From: a virus
Lineage: Duplodnaviria > Caudoviricetes
DNA length: 45,448 nucleotides
Direction: 5' to 3' (one strand)
IMG/VR virus record: IMGVR_UViG_3300032320_000175
Coordinates: 1-45,448 of that record
Shown here: piece after piece, positions 1-8,478 of the stretch
Position numbering within the stretch: position 1 is the stretch's first letter
How the letters are laid out: every line of letters begins with the position of its first letter
Translations under genes and position numbers: made by a program
Notes under the pieces: model-generated
What the model was told of the DNA's origin: nothing
Database searches by the model: none
The model's input: the letters and a program-made list of their open reading frames with translations, nothing else

Positions 1-96
1 CCCGCTTTTTCTACTCTTATCGGCGGCATGATTGGGTTCCTGTCTGGTATCAAACTCATGCAAAATGAAGATAAATCTAAATCTTGTAAGGACTAA
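1..96 (+). CDS. Partial (5'-truncated) small membrane protein, lysis-module associated
   Basis: Frame +1 reads PAFSTLIGGMIGFLSGIKLMQNEDKSKSCKD*; hydrophobic segment then charged tail; immediately upstream of holin/endolysin. Confidence 0.55.
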   Translation, partial: PAFSTLIGGMIGFLSGIKLMQNEDKSKSCKD

Positions 97-98
97 CC

Positions 99-602
99 AT
101 GCTTTCACTCATCTCAACACTTGGCGGTTTGCTCATATCAGGCTTACCTAAACTACTAGATTTCTTCCAAAACAAGGCTGACCAGCGCCATGAGTTAGCT
201 CTTGCTCGTGTCCAGATGGAGTTACAACTCCAGATGTTAGCTCAAGGTTACGCCGCTCAACAAAAGATTGAGGAAATTCGTACTGATCAGATTGCAATGG
301 AAACAGACGCGCAGGTGACTGTAGCGGCTTATGACCACGACAAGAAGATCATGGACAACGCCAGCCGCTGGGTGGTGAACTTTGTCGGTACAGTTCGTCC
401 TATGGTTACTTACATCTTTGTGCTAGAACTGTGTGCCATCAATGGCTGGATTGCTTACTACGCCTACAGCAACCCACAGCTTGTCATGAGCATGGAAGAC
501 CTGATCCGCTTGTCTGAAATCATCTTTTCCACAGACGAAATGGCAATGCTTGGAGGCATCATTGGTTTCTGGTTTGGTTCTAGAAGCTGGAGCAAAAAAT
601 GA
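99..602 (+). CDS. Holin-like membrane protein (3TM holin-like)
   Basis: N-terminal hydrophobic helix, coiled coil, VRP motif before a TM segment, C-terminal IIGFWFGSR; SD AAGGA; overlaps endolysin start (ATGA). Confidence 0.7.
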   Translation: MLSLISTLGGLLISGLPKLLDFFQNKADQRHELALARVQMELQLQMLAQGYAAQQKIEEIRTDQIAMETDAQVTVAAYDHDKKIMDNASRWVVNFVGTVRPMVTYIFVLELCAINGWIAYYAYSNPQLVMSMEDLIRLSEIIFSTDEMAMLGGIIGFWFGSRSWSKK

Positions 603-1105
603 AACTGGGCAAGGCTGGCGCTGATTTAATGCACCAGTGGGAGGGGTACAGGACTAAACCGTACCTCTGTCCAGCCCATATTTGGACAATTGGCTATGGT
701 CATGTTTTGTACCAAGATCAAATCCGTTTACCTGTAGTCAGGGTAGAGGGTAAAGATGCACCCATGATCCGCAAAGAGATGCCCTTAAAACAGGAGGACA
801 ACCGTGTCTGGACTAAAGAAGAGATCGAGAAACTATTCGCAGATGATGTCAGCCCTACTGAACGCGGTGTTCTACGACTTGCTCCCGCTTTATCTGGTCG
901 TCAAGGGGCTTTCGATGCGTGCGTCAGCTTTGCCTTCAACGCTGGAGTGGGGGCTTTTCAGCGCTCTTCTATTCGGATGAAAATCAACAGGGGTGATTGG
1001 GAGGGCGCGGCTGATGCTTTACTGCTGTACTGCATGGCTGGTGGTAAAGTCCTTGTAGGGTTAAAAAAACGCAGAGATGCGGAAAAAGCACTGTTTCTTT
1101 CTTGA
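599..1105 (+). CDS. Endolysin, GH24 phage lysozyme
   Basis: EG..PY.CPA..WTIGYGH catalytic region, FDA..SFAFN.G and GL..RR.AE motifs. Confidence 0.92.
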   Translation: MKLGKAGADLMHQWEGYRTKPYLCPAHIWTIGYGHVLYQDQIRLPVVRVEGKDAPMIRKEMPLKQEDNRVWTKEEIEKLFADDVSPTERGVLRLAPALSGRQGAFDACVSFAFNAGVGAFQRSSIRMKINRGDWEGAADALLLYCMAGGKVLVGLKKRRDAEKALFLS

Positions 1106-1108
1106 TTC

Positions 1109-1137
1109 TTGCTCCGCAAAGGGTTCAGGAGTATAAT
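1109..1137 (+). promoter_or_regulatory. Sigma70-like promoter
   Basis: TTGCTC-N17-TATAAT in the intergenic gap before the tail operon. Confidence 0.7.
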
Positions 1138-1185
1138 TTTTTCTAGGCGCATGCTGTATCAGCGGCTAATACTATTGGAGTATTT

Positions 1186-1818
1186 ATGAGCTATACCATG
1201 ACCTACGACAGTCTGCTCGTAGATGTGCGCCGTTATCTTGAGCGTGGATTCACCCAAGAAAGCGACCAGATCGTCTACGACCAACTGCCTCGGTTGATCA
1301 CATTGGGCGAACGCAGAATTGCGCGAGAGCTTAAAATTATGGGGTTCATCCGAGCGGTGAGTACCCCTTTATCCGTTGGCGTGGCTGTCTATTTAAAGCC
1401 TGACAGGTGGCGAGACACCATCAGCATGACTGTCAATGGATCGCCCATCTTTGCTCGAGCATACGAGTATTGCCGCAGTTACTGGCCTAATGAAGCCCAG
1501 ACCGCCGCCCCTCAGTTTTATGCTGACTATGATTATCAAAACTGGCTGATAACGCCAACACCTTCTACGGTGCAGACTCTTGAGGTTCTGTACTACGAAC
1601 AACCTGCCCTTTTGGGCGATGACCTACAAACCAACTGGCTTACTGAATACGCACCTGATGTGTTGCTGTATGCAACCTTGCTTGAGGCAACTCCGTTCTT
1701 GAAAAAGGACGAGCGCATTCAAACTTGGCAAGCCATGTATGACCGTGCGGCGCAAGCGCTCAATGGCGAAGACTTGAAGCGCATCATGGATCGCACAGCA
1801 ACTAGGAGTGAAGCGTAA
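1186..1818 (+). CDS. Head-tail adaptor / tail tubular protein-like
   Basis: TNWLTEYAPDVLLYATLLEA motif typical of podovirus adaptor-like proteins; GGAG SD; position in virion module. Confidence 0.6.
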   Translation: MSYTMTYDSLLVDVRRYLERGFTQESDQIVYDQLPRLITLGERRIARELKIMGFIRAVSTPLSVGVAVYLKPDRWRDTISMTVNGSPIFARAYEYCRSYWPNEAQTAAPQFYADYDYQNWLITPTPSTVQTLEVLYYEQPALLGDDLQTNWLTEYAPDVLLYATLLEATPFLKKDERIQTWQAMYDRAAQALNGEDLKRIMDRTATRSEA

Positions 1819-3023
1819 TGCCTATCTATACAGATGTCTTTGGTGGAGCAAACATCTACCCAAGCGAAATAAGCTACAGCGCCATAACGCTGACGACTAC
1901 GGATGTGACGCTAAGTTGGCCCGAGGAAACCTCGACTAACACTAACCTAGCGACCCGCATCATCGATGTGACAGCCACTAATGCTGGCAGGTCAATCTTC
2001 TTGCCTGATGCTCAAAAGAGTGGCGTTGGCAACACTATTCTTTTTAACAACCAAGGCGCTCAAACTTTTATAGTTAAGAACGCCGGGGGTACGCAAGTTG
2101 CGTCGATTGCCGCTGGGACGGTCTATCAGATTTATTTGACTAGCAACACCACAACAAATGGTTTGTGGGAGTCATTGCAGTTTGGCGCTACGGTATCCGA
2201 GGCTAACGCTTCTGCACTGGCTGGCACTGGCATTGTGGCTGTAGGCACATTGCTGTCTCAGTCTGTACCTATTACACAGTTCAACACAAACTACACCGCA
2301 GGCGATTCAGACCGCGCCAAAATGTATTTGTGGACTGGTTCAGGGTCAGGAACTTTGACACTGCCTAGCGCGGCTACGGTGGGCAATAACTGGTTCATGT
2401 ACTTGCGCAACTCAGGTGGTGGTCAAGTTACCCTTACACCCTCTGGTGTCAACACAATTGATGGTTTAGCAACAAAAGCCTACCAGCCTACTGAGTCGTC
2501 TGTGATCATCAGCGATGGCACAAACTTCTACACATTAGGGTTTGGTCAGGCTTCTGTTTTTGTGTTTGACTACACAACAATTGCAATAGCTGGTACTGGA
2601 ACTTACACACTGACAGGGTCAGAGTTAAACCGTATTGTTTACAAGTTTACAGGGTTGCTGACTGGAAACCGCATTGTGGTTGTGCCTTCTACTGTTCAAC
2701 AGTATTGGATTGACAATGCCACAACAGGTGCTTTCACACTGACTGTTAAGACTTCTGCTGGAACTGGAGTTGGTGTATCCCAAGGTTCACGAGGTATTTA
2801 TTACTGCGATGGCAGTGATGTGGTTGACGCTGATACAACAACAGCAAGTTTTCCAATCACAATTGCACAAGGCGGCACAGGAGCTACTACAGCTAATGGA
2901 GCATTGATTAACCTTGGTGGTACTTCTGTTGGTATTCCTATTTTTACAGCGGCTAACCAACAAGCGGCTTGGACTGCGTTGGGTGTTGCTCCTGCTGGTG
3001 TTGTTAATGGTGGGACTTACTGA
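1818..3023 (+). CDS. Tail structural / short fibre protein
   Basis: Thr/Gly-rich beta-type sequence, TLTLPSAATVGNNW and ITIAQGGTGATT motifs, ends NGGTY. Confidence 0.65.
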   Translation: MPIYTDVFGGANIYPSEISYSAITLTTTDVTLSWPEETSTNTNLATRIIDVTATNAGRSIFLPDAQKSGVGNTILFNNQGAQTFIVKNAGGTQVASIAAGTVYQIYLTSNTTTNGLWESLQFGATVSEANASALAGTGIVAVGTLLSQSVPITQFNTNYTAGDSDRAKMYLWTGSGSGTLTLPSAATVGNNWFMYLRNSGGGQVTLTPSGVNTIDGLATKAYQPTESSVIISDGTNFYTLGFGQASVFVFDYTTIAIAGTGTYTLTGSELNRIVYKFTGLLTGNRIVVVPSTVQQYWIDNATTGAFTLTVKTSAGTGVGVSQGSRGIYYCDGSDVVDADTTTASFPITIAQGGTGATTANGALINLGGTSVGIPIFTAANQQAAWTALGVAPAGVVNGGTY

Positions 3024-4858
3024 TGCCAGAATCCACGATAGTCCTGAAGTCTCTTGCTGGTATCAAGCGAGATGGTACTAGGTACGATGGTGATTTTTAT
3101 GTTGACGGACAGTGGGTCAGGTTTCAGCGTGGGTTACCTAGAAAGATTCTAGGGTATCGCTCAATCAATAAATACCTGACAGAGATTTCTCGCGGGTTTA
3201 ATAGCTTTACTCAGCAGAGCTTACAGTATTGTCATTCAGCAGGCGCATCTACGGTTGAGCGTTTTACGATTGATGCAACTACAAACAGTTCAGTTATCAG
3301 CAACCGAACTCCTGTCGCTGTTAGCGCAACTGGAACAGTTACTTTGACTGGTGGTGGGGCTGGATCAGTTAACAGCGTCACAGTTAACGGCGTGACTATT
3401 ACATCAGGTTCTGTTTCGTTCACAACTGATTTGGCTACAACGGCTACGGCTGTTGCGGCAAACATTACAGCTTTTACTTCTTCGCCAAATTACAGCGCTG
3501 TTGCTGTTGGCGCGGTAATTACCATTACAGCCTCAACTGCTGGGCAAGCTACTAACGGTTTTGTTGTTGTGGCTAACACGACAACGATCACAACCACAGT
3601 AACTAACATGGCTGGTGGCGCGAATGCTTTGGTTAGTTCTCCCTACAACCAATGGATGTTCCAGACATCGTATGACGCATCAACCACATACAACTCCATC
3701 ATTGCGCATGTAGCGCCTAATTTGCAGTGCGTATGTAACGACACTGGTGGTCAGATTTTCTATGGTGATGTGCTTGGAACCGCACCCTTAGTTGAGATTC
3801 CATTGCCAGCAGGTGCTAACACCACTGGTGGCATTGTGATGCTGTTTCCCTATTTGTTTTACTACGGTACTGCTGGTATTGTGGGCTGGTCTGTTGGTGG
3901 TGACTTTACTGATCTAAGTGGCTCAGGCTCAGGCATAGCTCGTGTATGGGGTCAAAAGATTGTCAAGGGCATGCCACTGCGTGCAGGCTCAGGATCAGCG
4001 CCAGCAGGACTGTTCTGGGCTTATGACGCTGTAATCCGTGCGACCTTTACAGGTGGTGCAACCGTATTCCAGTTTGACACCATTGCCACGGACACTTCTA
4101 TCATGTCGCCTGACTGCGTGGTGGACTACGATGGCGTGTTCTTTTGGTGTGGTGTTGACCGCTTCTTAATGTTCAATGGCGTGGTGCGTGAAGTGCCTAA
4201 TGCAATGAACTTGAACTACTTCTTTGACAATGTAAACCCAGCCCATCGCGCTAAAGTGTTTGCATTTAAAGTGCCTCACTTTGGCGAAATCTGGTGGTGC
4301 TATCCAAGGGGTGAAGCAACTGAATGCACACATGCCATTATTTACAATGTGCGCGAGAACTCTTGGTATGACACAGAACTGCCTGCATCTGGTCGCGCAT
4401 CTGGTGGCTACAACAATGGCTTTGCCGCACCTTTGCTGACAGACTGTATTCCTACAACAAGTGGCTATCGTGTGTGGATTCATGAGCAAGGCGTTGATGC
4501 TGTTGAGGGTCAATCAACATTACCAATTCAATCCTACTTTGAAACAGCAGACTTGTCCTCACTGCCACAGGGTAAGAACGAGTATCTGCGGATCACAGAG
4601 ATTGAGCCTGACTTTATCCAGAATGGCCCCATGACCGTGCAAGTCACAGGTCGTGCTAATGCTCGAGCGCCTGAAGTCTATAGTAGCGTGTTTTCATTCC
4701 CTGAGACAGCTTCTGAGCCTTACCAACAGATTGTGATGCTCAAAGAACAGCGCCGTGAGTTGCGTGTGCGCTTTGAGTCTAATGCTGTGGGTGGAAATTA
4801 TCAGATGGGTCAGATCATTGGACACATTGATTCTGGCGACAGGACGGTGCTTGGATGA
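3023..4858 (+). CDS. Tail nozzle / DNA stabilization protein (P22 gp10 / T7 gp12-like)
   Basis: 611 aa; W-rich beta-propeller-like motifs (FGEIWWCYP, IIYNVRENSWY), N-terminal DG.WVRFQRGLP.KI.G; followed by ejection-like genes. Confidence 0.65.
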   Translation: MPESTIVLKSLAGIKRDGTRYDGDFYVDGQWVRFQRGLPRKILGYRSINKYLTEISRGFNSFTQQSLQYCHSAGASTVERFTIDATTNSSVISNRTPVAVSATGTVTLTGGGAGSVNSVTVNGVTITSGSVSFTTDLATTATAVAANITAFTSSPNYSAVAVGAVITITASTAGQATNGFVVVANTTTITTTVTNMAGGANALVSSPYNQWMFQTSYDASTTYNSIIAHVAPNLQCVCNDTGGQIFYGDVLGTAPLVEIPLPAGANTTGGIVMLFPYLFYYGTAGIVGWSVGGDFTDLSGSGSGIARVWGQKIVKGMPLRAGSGSAPAGLFWAYDAVIRATFTGGATVFQFDTIATDTSIMSPDCVVDYDGVFFWCGVDRFLMFNGVVREVPNAMNLNYFFDNVNPAHRAKVFAFKVPHFGEIWWCYPRGEATECTHAIIYNVRENSWYDTELPASGRASGGYNNGFAAPLLTDCIPTTSGYRVWIHEQGVDAVEGQSTLPIQSYFETADLSSLPQGKNEYLRITEIEPDFIQNGPMTVQVTGRANARAPEVYSSVFSFPETASEPYQQIVMLKEQRRELRVRFESNAVGGNYQMGQIIGHIDSGDRTVLG

Positions 4859-5082
4859 CCACAATTACTCGCCCTTCTTACATGACGCTCCATGACTGGG
4901 CTGACCAGATTGCGCTCGATTTGGACAGCTATGGGGCGCTTAGTCGTCTTGATGGTGACGACTGGCAGAACTGGGCTATGCAGTTTTTAAACAATACATC
5001 GCTAGGCAGAAACTTTCCTTTGCCTTACGATTTTGATGATTGGCGTGACTGGGCTGAGCGGTTTGCTCAATCGCTGTCTTAA
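4855..5082 (+). CDS. Hypothetical protein (W/D-rich)
   Basis: 75-aa ORF coupled to upstream gene by ATGA overlap. Confidence 0.7.
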   Translation: MTTITRPSYMTLHDWADQIALDLDSYGALSRLDGDDWQNWAMQFLNNTSLGRNFPLPYDFDDWRDWAERFAQSLS

Positions 5083-5094
5083 TTGGAGTTACAA

Positions 5095-6918
5095 ATGGAT
5101 AAGCAACAGATTCTTGAAATTGCAAAACGCGACCCACGGTTTTCTAGGGCGATTCTTACGCTTGAAAATCAAATTGGGGACATGCCCATCACAAGCAAAC
5201 AGCTTGATGAGTTGGTGCAGTTGCTTGAGTTTGCACTGAACAACCCTGATAAGTATCCTGAGATTGTTGCATCCGCAGTTAAAGATGACATGCTTGAAGA
5301 GGGCGATTTGCCTGAGCAGTTTGACCCTGTAGTGATCATCTCCTTGCTTGTTTTGTTGTATGGCATGCAAGAGCGCTTGAAGCAAAAGGGATACGCAAGG
5401 GGTGGTTTGGCGGCAATGGGCAGGCATGGCGACACGATGCTGGCGCACATCAACCCACGCGAGGCAGAGATGCTTCAGCGCATGGGTGGCTCAGGTACGA
5501 TTAACCCACAAACGGGCTATCCTGAATACTTCAGCTTGAAGAAGTTCTTGGCGGTGGCGTTGCCAATTGCTATAGGCTTTTTTGCCCCAACGCTTGGTGC
5601 TTCTATTGGCGCATCTATGGGTTTTTCAGGTACTGCCGCGACTATGGCAGGCAGTGCAGTCATCGGTGGTACAACTGCCGCCTTGACTGGTGGCGATCCC
5701 CTCAAAGGCGCTTTGTTAGGCGGTCTTGGCGCTGGCGCTGGCGATTACTTTGGTTCTGCCGCAAATAAAGCCTTTGATATGGGCTTAGGCACAGCAGGTC
5801 AAAATGTTCTTGGTAGCTCTTTGGTTGGTGGCGTAGCTGGCGCGGCATCAGGTCAAGGCTTTTTAAAAGGTGCGGCTACAGGAGCTTTAGGTGCTTATGC
5901 TGGTCAACAAGCTGGTGACCTTACTGGTAACGCTTCAATAGGCGCTGGTGGTAAACAATTTGGCAACATGCTTGCCGCTGGCTATGACCCTAAATCAGCC
6001 GTTATTGGTGGTGGTTTAGCAGGCTTGGCAACTGCCATGTCTGAGCCAGCAAATTCAAGACTTGGTTTAAAACCATCTAATGCCGTAGTAGATGGATTAA
6101 AAATGCCCAAAACTGGTGGTTACGGATTAGATACCGTGACACCAGCCAGTTTTGGAACAACTAACTTTTTAACTGGCGATGTTGGTTACACAGGGCCAGA
6201 ATCATTTGAAGTTGGAAAAAATGTTGATTATTCTTTAGGAAGACCAACTCCACAAGGATATGGCGCAGAAACACTTGGTAGTGGAATAACCGCTAACAAC
6301 CAACTTGGTAGCGGAATAAACTCTAGCAATCAATCTGCGCTAAGCCAGCTTAAAACAAGTGGATCAACTGGAGGCTCTAGCCCATTCACAATGAAGAACG
6401 CCTTAATTGGTGCTACTTTGTTAGGTAGTTTGGGTAGTGCTCCTCCTGAAGTTAAACAGGCTGTCAGCACCATGTCGCCTAAACAACAAGAATATTTTAG
6501 TCGTCCAATGTTCCAGTGGGATTGGACTCGAATGCAGAAAGACGCAAACACTGCTGGCTTAGGTTTGAGTCAATATATGGCGCAAGCATGGCCCCAAATC
6601 ACTGGCGGTGCTTATAATATACCTGTCCAGCGTCCTGCGGGTTTAGCACGAGGAGGAGCGCTTTCACAGATTGCGTACATGGCTCGTGGATCAGGCTCAG
6701 GTCGAGATGACACCATTGATGCCAAACTCTCTGATGGTGAATATGTAATGGATGCTGAAACAGTTGCACTTCTAGGGGATGGCTCCACAAAGGCTGGAGC
6801 CGAGCGCCTTGACGCTATGCGTAGCCAATTACGCAGACAAAAGGGTCGTGAGCTTGCCAAAGGCAAATTCAGCCCTAATGCTAAATCACCTCTTGCATAC
6901 CTGAAGGGAGCCATGTAA
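5095..6918 (+). CDS. Internal virion / DNA ejection protein with two xxGG-led small domains
   Basis: Start at ATG 5095 (SD GGAG); Gly/Ala-rich hydrophobic core; C-terminal GSGSGRDDTIDAKLSDGEYV resembles the tape-measure C-terminal motif. Confidence 0.6.
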   Translation: MDKQQILEIAKRDPRFSRAILTLENQIGDMPITSKQLDELVQLLEFALNNPDKYPEIVASAVKDDMLEEGDLPEQFDPVVIISLLVLLYGMQERLKQKGYARGGLAAMGRHGDTMLAHINPREAEMLQRMGGSGTINPQTGYPEYFSLKKFLAVALPIAIGFFAPTLGASIGASMGFSGTAATMAGSAVIGGTTAALTGGDPLKGALLGGLGAGAGDYFGSAANKAFDMGLGTAGQNVLGSSLVGGVAGAASGQGFLKGAATGALGAYAGQQAGDLTGNASIGAGGKQFGNMLAAGYDPKSAVIGGGLAGLATAMSEPANSRLGLKPSNAVVDGLKMPKTGGYGLDTVTPASFGTTNFLTGDVGYTGPESFEVGKNVDYSLGRPTPQGYGAETLGSGITANNQLGSGINSSNQSALSQLKTSGSTGGSSPFTMKNALIGATLLGSLGSAPPEVKQAVSTMSPKQQEYFSRPMFQWDWTRMQKDANTAGLGLSQYMAQAWPQITGGAYNIPVQRPAGLARGGALSQIAYMARGSGSGRDDTIDAKLSDGEYVMDAETVALLGDGSTKAGAERLDAMRSQLRRQKGRELAKGKFSPNAKSPLAYLKGAM

Positions 6919-8465
6919 TGGGCAGTCTATTTCAAGGAACGCCTCAAACGGCTTTTTCCTCAACTAAAAGTACAACGGAAACGCCTGAATGGATGCAGAA
7001 GGCGATTTACGACCAAGTTGGTTGGGCTACCAATGTAGCTAACACACCCTATCAGCCTTACAGTTTGCCAACTGTGGCTGAGTTGTCGCCACTCCAGCAA
7101 CAAGCCTACAAGCAGGTACAAGACCAGCAAGGCGCGTGGAAGGGTGACATGAACTATGCCTCTTCAGGCATGAAAGACTTTTCCACAAAGGGAACTGCTG
7201 ATGCTTTGAGGACTGCACAAAACCAGTATTTGCGTCAAGGGTTGGTTGATCAGAACTTAAACGCAGGTCAAGGCTACTTTAATCAAGCAGGCAAAATGGA
7301 TGCAATCGGCGCGGCAAGCCCATTGTTAAATCGTGCCGCATCGATGGATATTGTTGGCGCGGCTCAGCCCTACCTGTCTCAAGCTGGTCGGCAAGACATC
7401 ATGGGTGCGGCTAGTCCGTACATGCAACAATCTAGCCAAACAACTGCACAAGCATTGTCAGACAGGGCTTTAAGCGCCGCTAACCCTTACCTGACTGCCG
7501 CCGCTCAAAGCGCCGCTTCAGGCATTGGTCAATACACTAGCCCTTATCAGCAAAGCGTCATGGATGTCATTGCTAAACAAGGTGCTCGTAACTTGAGCGA
7601 AAACCTGTTACCTGCTGTGTCTGATCAGTTTATTAAAGCAGGTCAGTTTGGTGGCACTCGTATGGGTGAGTTTGGCTCACGCGCATTGCGTGACACACAA
7701 GAGGCTGTTCTTAACCAGCAAGCTCAAGCGGCTCAACAAGGTTACGGTCAGGCTTTGTCAGCATCACAGGCAGACCTTGCACGCCAAGCTCAATTGGCTG
7801 GCACTGTGGGCAGTATCTCTGGCGCGGACTTGTCTCGTGTTCTACAGGGCGCTGGTCAATACCAGAACCTTGCGCAGACTGCTGGTTCATTGACTGGTCA
7901 ACAGCAACAGAACTTGACAAACCTTGGTCAGACTTCTGGTCAACTGACTGCTCAGCAGATGCAGAATTTAGCAAACATTGGTCAGACAACTGGTCAATTG
8001 ACAAGTCAACAAATGCAAAACTTGGCTAATTTGGGTCAGGCTCAAACAACTGCTGGACAGGCTCAACAACAGTTTGGATTGTCTGCGGCTCAAGCGGCTC
8101 AAGCGGCTCAGGCTCAGGACTATCAGCGTCAGATGTCTGCGTTGCAAAATGTGGCTGGTATGGCTCAGCAAGCTCAAGGCATGGGTTACGCAGATACTGC
8201 GGCTCTGGAAGCGGCTGGTGCGGCTCAGCAAGGTCAGATGCAACGACAGTTGACTGCGGCAGAACAGCAGTACATCAATCAGCAAAACTACCCTAAACAA
8301 CAGCTTGACTTCTTGAGCACGCAGATTCGTGGCATGGCTCCGATCACGCCACAAGTGACCACTAATACTGGCACTACAACAGGCGCAACATATTCGCCAT
8401 CAGCGTTGCAACAACTAGCAACAGGCTTGTACACATACAAGGGCTTGAATGCTCTTGGCGGTTAA
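6918..8465 (+). CDS. Internal virion / DNA pilot-like protein, Gln/Ala-rich
   Basis: Q/A-rich helical sequence with 16-aa and 18-aa internal repeats; position after nozzle gene. Confidence 0.6.
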   Translation: MGSLFQGTPQTAFSSTKSTTETPEWMQKAIYDQVGWATNVANTPYQPYSLPTVAELSPLQQQAYKQVQDQQGAWKGDMNYASSGMKDFSTKGTADALRTAQNQYLRQGLVDQNLNAGQGYFNQAGKMDAIGAASPLLNRAASMDIVGAAQPYLSQAGRQDIMGAASPYMQQSSQTTAQALSDRALSAANPYLTAAAQSAASGIGQYTSPYQQSVMDVIAKQGARNLSENLLPAVSDQFIKAGQFGGTRMGEFGSRALRDTQEAVLNQQAQAAQQGYGQALSASQADLARQAQLAGTVGSISGADLSRVLQGAGQYQNLAQTAGSLTGQQQQNLTNLGQTSGQLTAQQMQNLANIGQTTGQLTSQQMQNLANLGQAQTTAGQAQQQFGLSAAQAAQAAQAQDYQRQMSALQNVAGMAQQAQGMGYADTAALEAAGAAQQGQMQRQLTAAEQQYINQQNYPKQQLDFLSTQIRGMAPITPQVTTNTGTTTGATYSPSALQQLATGLYTYKGLNALGG

Positions 8466-8478
8466 TTAAGGAAGCATC

